From: an uncultured Candidatus Saccharibacteria bacterium | GTDB taxonomy: Bacteria; Patescibacteriota; Dojkabacteria; J137 | Assembly (NCBI GenBank): GCA_964561155.1 | Contig: CAZLOI010000001.1 | Coordinates: 178,799-242,798 of the forward strand | Direction of reading: 5' to 3' | Length of the DNA: 64,000 bases | Shown: one piece after another, positions 19,368 to 28,455 of the stretch | How the letters are laid out: every line of letters begins with the position of its first letter | How positions within the stretch are numbered: the first letter of the stretch is position 1 | Notes under the pieces: generated by a model | What the model was told of the DNA's origin: nothing | What the model saw: only the letters and a program-made list of their open reading frames with translations | Databases searched by the model: none | Made by a program: the position numbers and the translations under genes

Positions 19368-20394
19368 ACTAAGACCTCTAGAACAAGGCGAGGAAAGTTT
19401 ATGGGAGAAAACTAATTTAGCCTCTCCTTTAAGTACTTTCCTTACCTCTATCTACTGGTTAAACTTTTCAACACAGTTCAAAGGAAAAGGAATTGATGCG
19501 TACCTAATTGTTAACGACAAAAACGTTGCAGTTGGAGTATTGCCTGTGGAAATAAGTAGTAGAAGGTTTTCAAAAGTAGCTATAGCTACATATTCACCAG
19601 TACTAATCTCTGAAAACCTAATTCCTGAAGCAATGGCTGCAATAACTTCATACTTTGCATCCTTTCTTAAAGAAAACAATCTGTTCGCACTAAGAGTTCA
19701 CCCATACTTAAATATTAATAGTCCAGTAGCAGAAGCTTTGGATCAATATTCAAAGTCTCTTGCTCCATCACAAGCAAGAATACTTTGGGAAATCAATCTT
19801 GAAAATCCAGTGGAAGCTTTAAGGCATGCAATGAGTTCTTCAACAAGAAACAATATAAATAAGGGAGAAAGAGGGAATCTTTCTTTTGTAAAAGTAACAG
19901 ATGAAGCAGGTGTTAAAGAATTCGCAGATTTAATGGAACAAACAACATCAAGAAAGGGATTTATTAATTTCGATCTCAACTATTTCCTTTCTCAATTCAA
20001 AACATTGAATAAGTTTGGAATGACTGAAATATATTTGGTTAAGAAAGAGGGCAGAGCATTGGCAGGAGCTTTGGTTAATCTATACAAAGACACAGCATAC
20101 TATACGCATGGAGCATCAACCTCTGATCCAGAACTTTCAAAAATTAGAGCTCCATATTTTCTTCAATGGTCTTTAATGAACGAGTTCAAGAACAGAGGAT
20201 ACAAGAAATACAACATGTGGGGAGTATCTCCAAAAGGATCTAGATCTGCCATTTCAGGAGTAAGTGATTTCAAAAGAAGTTTCGGTGGAGAAGAAATTGA
20301 ACAAATATATCCGATAGATATATACCGAGATCCTCTAGCAAAGATTCGTCAAAGAATGTACGATAGGTATATTTACAGAAACGATAGATACTAA
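19360..20394 (+). CDS. FemAB-family peptidoglycan interpeptide bridge aminoacyltransferase (first of tandem pair)
   Basis: 344 aa. The GNAT-like FemX fold shows in YLVKKEGRALAGALVNLYKDTAYYTHGASTSDPELSKIRAPYFLQWSLMNEFKNRGYKKYNMWGVS. Overlaps the dnaN stop. Confidence 0.6.
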   Translation: MLKLRPLEQGEESLWEKTNLASPLSTFLTSIYWLNFSTQFKGKGIDAYLIVNDKNVAVGVLPVEISSRRFSKVAIATYSPVLISENLIPEAMAAITSYFASFLKENNLFALRVHPYLNINSPVAEALDQYSKSLAPSQARILWEINLENPVEALRHAMSSSTRNNINKGERGNLSFVKVTDEAGVKEFADLMEQTTSRKGFINFDLNYFLSQFKTLNKFGMTEIYLVKKEGRALAGALVNLYKDTAYYTHGASTSDPELSKIRAPYFLQWSLMNEFKNRGYKKYNMWGVSPKGSRSAISGVSDFKRSFGGEEIEQIYPIDIYRDPLAKIRQRMYDRYIYRNDRY

Positions 20395-21305
20395 TGTCAT
20401 TTACAGATACAATTCCAACTCAAGATATATTCGCTTCCAAGTTCTGGAAAGAAGTTCGAAAGAATACTGGTAACAAGATAATCGATGTTAACGATTCTCT
20501 TTGGATTCAATGTACCAAGATTCCATACTTAAATATGTATGGAGGATATATTCCAAGAGCAGATATAAACAAGTTAAACGAAGATGAGCTTAGAGAAATA
20601 GCAAAGAGTGAGAATCTGGTATTCATAAAAGTTGATCCTGTTAACGCTTTAACCTCACAAGTTCCACTAAAGAATATTAAGAACTCCCAATTCGCTTTGC
20701 CTGTACAGTATCAACACAGTGCTGTTATTAACCTTGAACAAACAGAAGAACAGTTCTTGGAAGGAATGAAATCTAAGCATAGGTACAACCTAAAGATTGC
20801 CGAAAAAAACGGCGTAGAGGTATCAATTCGCGACTCAAATGAAGCACTTGATACTTTCCTAACCTTGTATAAATCAACGGCTCTAAGACAGGGTTACACC
20901 GGAAGATCTGAAAAATATTTAAGAACTGTTTTTGAAACATTGAAAGCTTTCAATGAGAATCTTGTATACATAGCTACAGTTTCTTTTGAAGGAAAACCAA
21001 TATCTTCTTGGATGTTGTTTGTATATGAAGATACAATCCTTTATCCATATGGAGGATCTTCGGATGAGAACAGAAATGTAATGGGAACATACAAGTTAGT
21101 TCAGGAAATATATAGATGGGGAAAAGAGAAAGGATTAAAGTATTTTGATTTGTTTGGTATCGATGCGAAGAATCCTGAAGATGGATATTCAAGATTCAAA
21201 TTAGGATTTGGAGTAGAGGAGATAGCATATGCAGATAGTTTCGACATTGTTTACAATTCGTTTGTATATTTCTTCTACAAGATTTGGGAGAGGTTTAATA
21301 GGTAA
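20394..21305 (+). CDS. FemAB-family peptidoglycan bridge-formation protein (second of tandem pair)
   Basis: 303 aa. Fem-like C-terminal core LVYIATVSFEGKPISSWMLFVYEDTILYPYGGSSDENRNVMGTYKLVQEIYRWGKEKGLKYFDLFGI. The start overlaps the upstream stop (TAATG). Confidence 0.6.
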   Translation: MSFTDTIPTQDIFASKFWKEVRKNTGNKIIDVNDSLWIQCTKIPYLNMYGGYIPRADINKLNEDELREIAKSENLVFIKVDPVNALTSQVPLKNIKNSQFALPVQYQHSAVINLEQTEEQFLEGMKSKHRYNLKIAEKNGVEVSIRDSNEALDTFLTLYKSTALRQGYTGRSEKYLRTVFETLKAFNENLVYIATVSFEGKPISSWMLFVYEDTILYPYGGSSDENRNVMGTYKLVQEIYRWGKEKGLKYFDLFGIDAKNPEDGYSRFKLGFGVEEIAYADSFDIVYNSFVYFFYKIWERFNR

Positions 21306-21309
21306 TTAA

Positions 21310-21708
21310 TTATTTAGGGATTGAAGAACTCACTGCTAGATCAAATAAAGTTTTCGCTACAATTCCTATTACAATTAGAACAACACCAACTACCCAGGCT
21401 CCAAATCTTTTTAGAGATTTATAAAAGAAATTCCTGTCTTCACTAGATATTTTTAAAACAAGATGATCATTAATTTCTTTATCTGTTGTTATCTGAGTTA
21501 ATACAACACTCCTTATTTCTTTCTGGATTCCAGTATTATCAATAATACTTTTCTTTACTTCTTGAGTGAATTTTTCAGAATCTCCTAATTTATTCTCTAA
21601 ATTTGTTAATCTATCACTCATCGCTTGCATATCCTTTGCGTGAGTATCTTTTGTTAAATAGCTATCAGCTACGAAATCTTGATTATTGTTTTTAGAAGGT
21701 GTACCCAT
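21310..21708 (-). CDS. hypothetical tail-anchored membrane protein (coiled-coil N-terminus, C-terminal TM)
   Basis: 132 aa with one C-terminal hydrophobic helix GAWVVGVVLIVIGIVAKTLF. Two nt downstream of the preceding gene. Confidence 0.3.
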   Translation of the reverse strand: MGTPSKNNNQDFVADSYLTKDTHAKDMQAMSDRLTNLENKLGDSEKFTQEVKKSIIDNTGIQKEIRSVVLTQITTDKEINDHLVLKISSEDRNFFYKSLKRFGAWVVGVVLIVIGIVAKTLFDLAVSSSIPK

Positions 21709-21710
21709 AT

Positions 21711-22001
21711 CTATGCAGAGATAAATTCATCATCATCTTCCTCTTCCGCATTTTCATCCTTTCTTAGTATCTCTTTAGAAGGTGAAAATCTAACTTGTCT
21801 ACCTTTCTCGAATATAGATACTTGAGGTGTTTCTGCTTTTGTTAAAACTGCAATTGCAAACTGAAGTGCAGCTTTATAATCTTTAAATTTCCATTTTCTC
21901 ATAATCTCATTCAATGCAGCTAACTCCCCATTATAAATCTCTAAAGGGAGTCGATCTTGTCCTGTTAGATCTTGTCTTAATTCACCTACATCTATTGCCA
22001 T
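21711..22001 (-). CDS. hypothetical small soluble protein with acidic C-terminal tail
   Basis: 96 aa with no recognisable motif. First gene of a two-gene minus-strand unit. Confidence 0.3.
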   Translation of the reverse strand: MAIDVGELRQDLTGQDRLPLEIYNGELAALNEIMRKWKFKDYKAALQFAIAVLTKAETPQVSIFEKGRQVRFSPSKEILRKDENAEEEDDDEFISA

Positions 22002-22087
22002 ATTGGGAAATTTAATATTATGATTATAACTGCTTCAGCTGTACTGTCAATAAAACTGGCCAGGAAACATTTGAAATAAATACTAAT

Positions 22088-23323
22088 CTAAATCTCCGTA
22101 GTTAACCAACCAGCTACCCAACCTGTAGTACCGTTAGTTAGAGTAATTCTGTATAGTCCATTTCCTGCATCTTCATCTATTATAAACCTCTCTCCACTAG
22201 ATGCTCTTCCAACTTCTGTAGCTGCAGTAGAAGCTTCAGATCTAACTCTTAAGTAACCAATTTCATTGTCGTTAATTTGAATAATTCTCTTTCCACCTTT
22301 GTCTACATTCAATCGTAAACTAAAAGTATTCGAGCTAACTCTAGAACCAAAAAGATTGTTAACAACAAACGTTTCTGCAATCTCACCAGACGCTAGCGGT
22401 GCCTTAACACTAAAGGATAAAGTAGCTTCTTCACCAGGAAGAATCTTTTCAACACCATCCATTAAAGAGAACTGTGTTTGTGAAAGCCAACCGTTTGTAT
22501 AGAACAATGAAGTATTCCCATTTTCTTTAGTAGCGATAATTTCTGCGTTGGATGCTTCGTAGATAGTATTTGAACCAGAGTTCTTTATCTTTATGCTACC
22601 AGTTACTTCATCTCCAATAGTTGCTGATTCAGCATTTAATGTTGCTTCTACAACTTCAACGGAATATGTTTTGTTGCTTGGTTTAACATTCGCTCTTGCA
22701 TGAGATTTAATACCTTCCAAATCGTTGTTCCAGTTTCCTGCTAACGCATCTATCTTTAAAGTAACTGTATTCTCTGCAATATTTTTTTGAAAAGATAATT
22801 CTCTAACAACAACATTGTCTATGTTAATACTGTTGTTGTTAACCACTTCTGAAACAAGCTCCTTCGTAGCAGCCAAACCCTTTGCTTCAAAATTAGAAAT
22901 ATTCTTGTTAGTCATATATCCAATTAGAACAAAGTTTCCAGAAGCATTAGAGAATGTTAAGTTTCTTTCATCACCTCCAATATTTCCTTTGTATACTTTT
23001 CCATCTCCAGAAACAATGTAGTGGAATGGAATATCTGTAAATCCAAGCTTGTCTATTGTGTAATAGAATAGACCTTTGTAGCTTTCATCATAATCTGTTT
23101 CATCTATAAAGATCGGAGTAATAGCTATGTTTCCAGGAAGAATAAAGTTTTCATCTGATTTTCTAATACTTGTATCTAGAGCAATAGTTGAAAGATCTAC
23201 ACTTGAATATCCAGAAACAATACTTGGATTAACTAGAAGAAAGAACATAGATATAGAAATAAAGGCTCTACTTGTAAGGCCTAAAGTTATACTTCGCTTA
23301 TTTCTAGTTAAATCTAAATTCAT
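22088..23323 (-). CDS. secreted surface protein with CARDB-like middle region and C-terminal bacterial SH3 (SH3b) domain
   Basis: N-terminal signal/TM, an Ig-like stretch, and a C-terminal SH3b-like GYLRVRSEASTAATEVGRASSGERFIIDEDAGNGLYRITLTNGTTGWVAGWL. Confidence 0.45.
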   Translation of the reverse strand: MNLDLTRNKRSITLGLTSRAFISISMFFLLVNPSIVSGYSSVDLSTIALDTSIRKSDENFILPGNIAITPIFIDETDYDESYKGLFYYTIDKLGFTDIPFHYIVSGDGKVYKGNIGGDERNLTFSNASGNFVLIGYMTNKNISNFEAKGLAATKELVSEVVNNNSINIDNVVVRELSFQKNIAENTVTLKIDALAGNWNNDLEGIKSHARANVKPSNKTYSVEVVEATLNAESATIGDEVTGSIKIKNSGSNTIYEASNAEIIATKENGNTSLFYTNGWLSQTQFSLMDGVEKILPGEEATLSFSVKAPLASGEIAETFVVNNLFGSRVSSNTFSLRLNVDKGGKRIIQINDNEIGYLRVRSEASTAATEVGRASSGERFIIDEDAGNGLYRITLTNGTTGWVAGWLTTEI

Positions 23324-24234
23324 ATATTCAATAAGTATAATGTTATTCCGGTCTTGTAATCAAGCTCTCCAGACTTTATTGCTACATCTAAATCAAATAA
23401 CTTGTCTGACATTCTTTCAATATCTTTCCAATTACTTCTTTCTGCTTGAGATATAGCAGCTTTAAGAGGTTTTGGTTTCATATTCAAATCTTCTAGATTT
23501 AATTTCTTTTCAAGATAATATTTTACTTTATATAAATTAGATATCTGCCAATCAAGCATTGTAATTAGAAATTGAGATATATCTGACACTGTAGATATTT
23601 CTAAGAACTCTCTTGCTGCTTTAACTTTGTTTTTATTCTGAAAGTTTTCAAGAATATCCCAAATTTCTGTATCAACTTCCTTTGTGAGTAGAGTGTCTAG
23701 TTCTAAATCAGTTACTGTGTTTATCTTTCTGCTATTCATGTACAAAGATATTTTCTCTACTTCGTTTAAGAATAGAAGTTTATCTAGATTATGATTTTCA
23801 GCAATATCTTGTATTTGTTTTCCTGAAAGCTTTATTCCTTTCTTGCTAACAGCTTCACTAAACCAGTTTCTCATTTTTGAATAGCTATTAAAGAAAGGAA
23901 TTTCATATTTTATACTCTCAGTTTCCTTTTCAATTGATTTACTAACCTTTCCATCATCCCAAAGTACAATGTCGTATTTTTTTATTGAATCAATATTGTC
24001 TTCAAAATATTTAGAGAGTCGTTTGTTGTTCGAAAGACGTTTTAGAATAATGACGGATCCATTTGAGAACATATCAATTCCTTCAAGGTGTTGAGTGAAT
24101 TCTCTTGGTTCATTAATCTCATCGGAATTAATTATCTTTATTTCCTTGTCGGTTTCTTGGCATAGATTAGAAGCTTTAAGTTTTGCAGCCTTATAGCTTT
24201 CATATCTATCGTTTCCAAAAAAGAGGTAAATCAT
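23320..24234 (-). CDS. holA: DNA polymerase III delta subunit (HolA-like)
   Basis: 304 aa. The N-terminal MIYLFFGNDRYESYKAAKL resembles the HolA start, and the C-terminal helical domain fits the clamp-loader delta layout. Four-nt overlap with the downstream gene. Confidence 0.4.
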   Translation of the reverse strand: MIYLFFGNDRYESYKAAKLKASNLCQETDKEIKIINSDEINEPREFTQHLEGIDMFSNGSVIILKRLSNNKRLSKYFEDNIDSIKKYDIVLWDDGKVSKSIEKETESIKYEIPFFNSYSKMRNWFSEAVSKKGIKLSGKQIQDIAENHNLDKLLFLNEVEKISLYMNSRKINTVTDLELDTLLTKEVDTEIWDILENFQNKNKVKAAREFLEISTVSDISQFLITMLDWQISNLYKVKYYLEKKLNLEDLNMKPKPLKAAISQAERSNWKDIERMSDKLFDLDVAIKSGELDYKTGITLYLLNI

Positions 24235-24285
24235 TGAGTTTAAATGTATCTTTAAGTTTGTTCTAAATCAGTATTATATGTTCTA

Positions 24286-24897
24286 CTAAAAAACCTGTGG
24301 TGAAAATATTACCTGAACAGTTAGCTTTGAATCATCAATTTCAATTCCCTTTACCAAGATACCTTCACCGCTTTCAGTAAGTACAGTATCTAGTTTAAGA
24401 TCTGCTGTAAATCGTCTTAGTAAATCGTTTGCAAGACCTGATACAAAGTTTGGTAATTGAATCTTTCCAATACCTGTTTCGTTGATACTAATAGAGTTTG
24501 CTTCAATAGCTATTCCTGCATACGCATATACAGGGTGATCATCTAGTTTGTATAAAAGTTTTGCTTGGTTATCTGCAAGATCGATATAGATATTTGGATT
24601 GCTCGATCTAACTCGTAACAATACATTAAGATCACTTTCCGACATTACAATCGTATTTTCTCCAACTCCTGTTATTTGTGTATTAAGTCTATTTGATACT
24701 TCTAAAGGATCAGCTCCATCATTATCAATTTTTATACTGTCATCAGCTATAGTATCAGCAATTTTGTCCCAAATAATATCGGGTCTTAAGACAAATAGGG
24801 CAACGCTACCAATGCAACAACAAAGTAGTAGTAGAACTATTAAACCTGTTATTTTAAACAAAACGCTAACCATAGTAATATGTTGTAGTAAATTCAT
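24286..24897 (-). CDS. hypothetical N-terminally membrane-anchored protein
   Basis: 203 aa with a single N-terminal TM VLFKITGLIVLLLLCCCIGSVALFVL. Confidence 0.3.
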   Translation of the reverse strand: MNLLQHITMVSVLFKITGLIVLLLLCCCIGSVALFVLRPDIIWDKIADTIADDSIKIDNDGADPLEVSNRLNTQITGVGENTIVMSESDLNVLLRVRSSNPNIYIDLADNQAKLLYKLDDHPVYAYAGIAIEANSISINETGIGKIQLPNFVSGLANDLLRRFTADLKLDTVLTESGEGILVKGIEIDDSKLTVQVIFSPQVF

Positions 24898-24905
24898 TAT
24901 ACTTT

Positions 24906-25676
24906 ATGAAATACTCATTTTTAAGTTTAATTATCGGTTTAATTTTAATTGCAGGTGCTTTTCTTTTGGTACAAAAGGGAAACGTCTCTCCATTCGAGGT
25001 TCCCAAGCTCCAGGAATATATTAATACAAATCAAATTGGAGAGAATGATTACGAAGAATTTGATAAGGCGATAGACGATTTAATAAAATCAGGGCAAATT
25101 GAAAAGTATTTGAATACTTCTTCGATCGTTATTTTCTTAATTACTGTTTCTCTAGGACTCTCTTTGTTCTTTTTCGGAGTACACACCATTATCGATAAGT
25201 TGTTCTTCAAGAAGTTTTTTGAAAAGCCTAATTTCAAGGTAGCTGTTAGGAGAAGTGTAATACTAACAGGAACAGTTATTGGAATAATGGTTCTACGTTT
25301 CTATAGGCTAGAGTGGAATTCAGTAGTTCTTGTATTCCCATTTGTTCTAATTGTAGAGTTAACAATCATATACTTTAGCTCTAGTAGTAAGGTTGAAGAG
25401 ATAGATAAGAAAGAGGAACAAATAGATACAGAATCTGATGCGCTTCTAACAAAGATCGAAGAAGAAATAGTAGATAGTTTTGAAAGTAATGATGCAAATC
25501 TAGAAAAAGAAATTGAAGTATTGGCAGAAGATGTAGAAGAACACAATCTTGAGAATGAAGTACTAGAAAAGAAAGAGAGCGTAGAGGAACCAACACAAGA
25601 AGCAGAACAGAAAGCGCAACAAGAACCTGAACAGGAAGATATGGATGATGGTGGAGAAGATAAAAGTCTTTCTTGA
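24906..25676 (+). CDS. hypothetical membrane protein with highly acidic C-terminal tail
   Basis: 256 aa with 4 hydrophobic helices followed by an E/D/Q-rich tail of about 90 aa. Confidence 0.35.
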   Translation: MKYSFLSLIIGLILIAGAFLLVQKGNVSPFEVPKLQEYINTNQIGENDYEEFDKAIDDLIKSGQIEKYLNTSSIVIFLITVSLGLSLFFFGVHTIIDKLFFKKFFEKPNFKVAVRRSVILTGTVIGIMVLRFYRLEWNSVVLVFPFVLIVELTIIYFSSSSKVEEIDKKEEQIDTESDALLTKIEEEIVDSFESNDANLEKEIEVLAEDVEEHNLENEVLEKKESVEEPTQEAEQKAQQEPEQEDMDDGGEDKSLS

Positions 25677-25727
25677 CTATTCTAGTTTCCTAGAGCTAAT
25701 ATCCTGTATTAATATTAAAACAAATAC

Positions 25728-26081
25728 ATGGACAATACATACATTGACTACAAAGCTACTGAAAGACAAAGAGAATTAGAAGAAGTAAAGAGCGAAACAT
25801 CAGAACTAGGTGCACTGCAGGATGATCAAACAAGAAGGCTTGAGCAAATGCCAATGGAGCAAAGAGATACAATCTCTACAGATCTACGGTTTAATACCCT
25901 TGTAGAACTAGAAAAACTACAAAGTTTTTTAAATATCATACTAAACAATGCAGGGTTTAGCCTTTCGGGTTACAGAGTTTTCAATCAGTCTCTTGAAGTA
26001 TTTGGAGTAAAGAACATTACAGATCTAGACAAGCAGATAACAGTGCTTAAGAAAGACTTAGGTATTGGAGATGAGGCATAG
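25728..26081 (+). CDS. hypothetical protein
   Basis: 117 aa with no recognisable motif. Confidence 0.3.
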   Translation: MDNTYIDYKATERQRELEEVKSETSELGALQDDQTRRLEQMPMEQRDTISTDLRFNTLVELEKLQSFLNIILNNAGFSLSGYRVFNQSLEVFGVKNITDLDKQITVLKKDLGIGDEA

Positions 26082-26084
26082 TTT

Positions 26085-26960
26085 CTAAAACGTTACAAAA
26101 GAAATCTCTGATTCATATTCTTTAACAGAATCCATTCCCCCTACGAATAGCGTAGTAGCCAAGCTATCTGCAAGAATTGCTTTCTTGGATCTAACGAACA
26201 CTGTATTAAACTTGTTCTCAGGGGTTCCAGAATTAGGATTTATTAGATGATGAAACTGCTTAACCTTTCTTGCCCAACCACCACTTGATGCTATTGCTTC
26301 GTTAACAAGTTTGGTAGAACCTTTAAGAGTTTTCTCGTTATTCTCAAAAACATATAGTCCAACTTCCCAATCTTTTCCTTTTTCATTTGTTCCACTGGAA
26401 ATTAGGTCTCCACCGCCATCTATTAGGAAATTATCAAACCCAAGATTTAATAGAATATCTTTAGATTGATCTAGCGCATATCCTTTCCCACAACCTCCTA
26501 GTTCAATCTTTTGTCCTTTAACCAGCTTAACTGAAATCTCTTTCTCATTTAATTTTATATCCGAAGCCTTGGCACGATTGCTTGCTATATCTCTAACTAT
26601 TTCATCAAGCGATGGATTATCAAGCTTAGAGAAATCGTAATCCTTGTTGTACCCATATACTTCTAGGAAATCAATAATGGTTGGATCAAAAGTACCATTT
26701 GTTCTTTTGTTTAATTCCAACATGTATTTAATTAGATTAAAGAACTCAGAACTAACAACAACCCATTCTCCAGAAGATCGATTAAGGTTGGATAGCTCGC
26801 TGTCTTCGTTGAATCTAGTGAATTTCTTTACTATTCTATCGAATTCACTAAATACACTTTCTATAGCATCCTTTGTTTTTACAGTCTTTTGTTTCTCACT
26901 AACTATATGAACAGTGATGTCTGTATTCATATATTTTTTTGTTACCGATGTCTTTAGCAT
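26085..26960 (-). CDS. FAD:protein FMN transferase (ApbE family)
   Basis: ApbE-like core ELGGCGKGYALDQ ... FLIDGGGDL ... SLATTLFV. 291 aa. Confidence 0.5.
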   Translation of the reverse strand: MLKTSVTKKYMNTDITVHIVSEKQKTVKTKDAIESVFSEFDRIVKKFTRFNEDSELSNLNRSSGEWVVVSSEFFNLIKYMLELNKRTNGTFDPTIIDFLEVYGYNKDYDFSKLDNPSLDEIVRDIASNRAKASDIKLNEKEISVKLVKGQKIELGGCGKGYALDQSKDILLNLGFDNFLIDGGGDLISSGTNEKGKDWEVGLYVFENNEKTLKGSTKLVNEAIASSGGWARKVKQFHHLINPNSGTPENKFNTVFVRSKKAILADSLATTLFVGGMDSVKEYESEISFVTF

Positions 26961-26994
26961 ACCTACATTCTAACAGATTGATTATTTCTGTTTG

Positions 26995-27024
26995 TTGACA
27001 AAAGATACTCGTTACAAATAGAAT
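26995..27024 (+). promoter_or_regulatory. sigma-70-like promoter TTGACA-17-TAGAAT for small gene 27059
   Basis: TTGACA at 26995..27000, a 17 bp spacer, and TAGAAT at 27019..27024. The whole 5' region is duplicated at 27389. Confidence 0.35.
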
Positions 27025-27058
27025 CCCTGTAATTATTTAATTCGTTAAATCAAAAGAA

Positions 27059-27358
27059 ATGGATGTTATCGAAAATCCAGTTATCTCAGCTGCAAAAGAT
27101 ATGAGAAGCGAACTAATTGAAAGATTACAATTCTCCGTAGAACTAAGAAGTGTTACACACGATGCATGGGAAGACCTAAGAAAGGTTGACAGGCTATTTG
27201 GAAAAAGAAATGCTAACCCAAAGCTATTTCAAGAAGACTTGGATTCTGGTGATGTCGAACTAATACAGAGGCAATTAGATAAGATGTCTGCACTAGAAGC
27301 GCTATTGAGAGAGACAGATCCAAATTTTTCTGAAGAAGATCTATTCACAGAAGCTTAA
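27059..27358 (+). CDS. small acidic hypothetical protein, paralog A of tandem pair
   Basis: 99 aa. Aligns by eye with the downstream paralog: RSELIERLQFSVELR to RKDALEDLYLRVGSR, and QEDLDSGDVELIQRQLDK to QELLSDKDLESIQEVLSK. Confidence 0.4.
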   Translation: MDVIENPVISAAKDMRSELIERLQFSVELRSVTHDAWEDLRKVDRLFGKRNANPKLFQEDLDSGDVELIQRQLDKMSALEALLRETDPNFSEEDLFTEA

Positions 27359-27388
27359 TTGAGTTGCAAACAAGAGCTCGTTTCTTTG

Positions 27389-27419
27389 TTTGACAAAAGA
27401 TACTGCTAGAAAATAAAAT
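27389..27419 (+). promoter_or_regulatory. duplicated promoter TTGACA-17-TAAAAT for small gene 27457
   Basis: The string TTGACAAAAGATACT is identical to the copy at 26995, and the shared 3' leader is AAyTCGTTAAwwCAAAAGAAATGGATG. Confidence 0.35.
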
Positions 27420-27456
27420 CGCTCCAATTAATATTTAACTCGTTAATACAAAAGAA

Positions 27457-27780
27457 ATGGATGATATGTCAAAAGCTCTTACAAATGGAATGGTTGCTAG
27501 CAGAAAAGATGCACTAGAAGATTTATACCTTCGCGTTGGATCAAGACAAGCTCTAGCAATAGGAAGAGTTATACAAGAAAGAAATAGAGGAGGTAAAGAG
27601 ATTGACTTTGCAAATACTCTTCTACAAGAACTACTTTCAGACAAAGATCTTGAAAGTATTCAAGAAGTCTTAAGCAAAGTTGCATACTACGAAGATGCTA
27701 TAGAAAGAATAGCTGAAGGTGAATCAGTTGATCACTTAATATTCCCTGTATCTGAAATAGACAAAGAAATAGAAGGGTAA
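27457..27780 (+). CDS. small acidic hypothetical protein, paralog B of tandem pair
   Basis: 107 aa. Paralogous to 27059..27358 (see that entry). Confidence 0.4.
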   Translation: MDDMSKALTNGMVASRKDALEDLYLRVGSRQALAIGRVIQERNRGGKEIDFANTLLQELLSDKDLESIQEVLSKVAYYEDAIERIAEGESVDHLIFPVSEIDKEIEG

Positions 27781-27853
27781 TCTGTCAGTAGGCTCGTGCT
27801 TGGAATGTAAAAGTCGGTTTCTTTGGTATACTGTATATAGTTAACAAAAACAT

Positions 27854-28453
27854 ATGCACACACTACCAAAGTTACCATATTCTTTCGATGCATTGGAACC
27901 TCATATCGATGCACAGACAATGGAAATTCACTATACAAAGCACCATCAAGCTTATGTAGATAACTTGAATAAGCTACTTGATCCACATGCAGATCTTAAA
28001 GATCTTTCTGTAGAAGAACTGTTATCAGATGTATTAAAAATTCCTGAAGATATTAGACAAGGCGTGATTAATAACGCTGGAGGTCATTTGAACCATTCAT
28101 ACTTCTGGGAAACGCTTTCACTAGATGGAGACAAAGAACCTGAAGGAGAGCTAATGGAAATGATTGTTTCAACTTTTGATACTTTCGATGCATTCAAGAA
28201 GGCATTTAGCGATGCTGCTATGAAAAGATTTGGAAGTGGATGGGCATGGTTAGTTAGAGAAAATGGTGGAATAAAAATTGTTAGTACTGCAAATCAAGAT
28301 TCCCCAATTATGAATGGTCAGAAACCAATCTTAGGTGTAGATGTTTGGGAACATGCGTACTATCTTAAATATCAAAATAGAAGAGTAGAGTATCTAGAGA
28401 ACTTCTGGAGTGTAGTTAACTGGGGTAGAGTTGAAGAGGAGTTTAGGAAATAG
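27854..28453 (+). CDS. Fe/Mn-family superoxide dismutase
   Basis: Canonical LPYSFDALEPHIDAQTMEIHYTKHHQAYV, GGHLNHSYFW, GSGWAWLV and DVWEHAYYL. Metal ligands H, H, D, H are all present. Confidence 0.9.
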   Translation: MHTLPKLPYSFDALEPHIDAQTMEIHYTKHHQAYVDNLNKLLDPHADLKDLSVEELLSDVLKIPEDIRQGVINNAGGHLNHSYFWETLSLDGDKEPEGELMEMIVSTFDTFDAFKKAFSDAAMKRFGSGWAWLVRENGGIKIVSTANQDSPIMNGQKPILGVDVWEHAYYLKYQNRRVEYLENFWSVVNWGRVEEEFRK

Positions 28454-28455
28454 GT

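Noticed and set aside
24599-25024. 141-aa plus-strand ORF overlapping genes 24286 and 24906
   Set aside because: It overlaps two better-supported genes and its composition is low-complexity.
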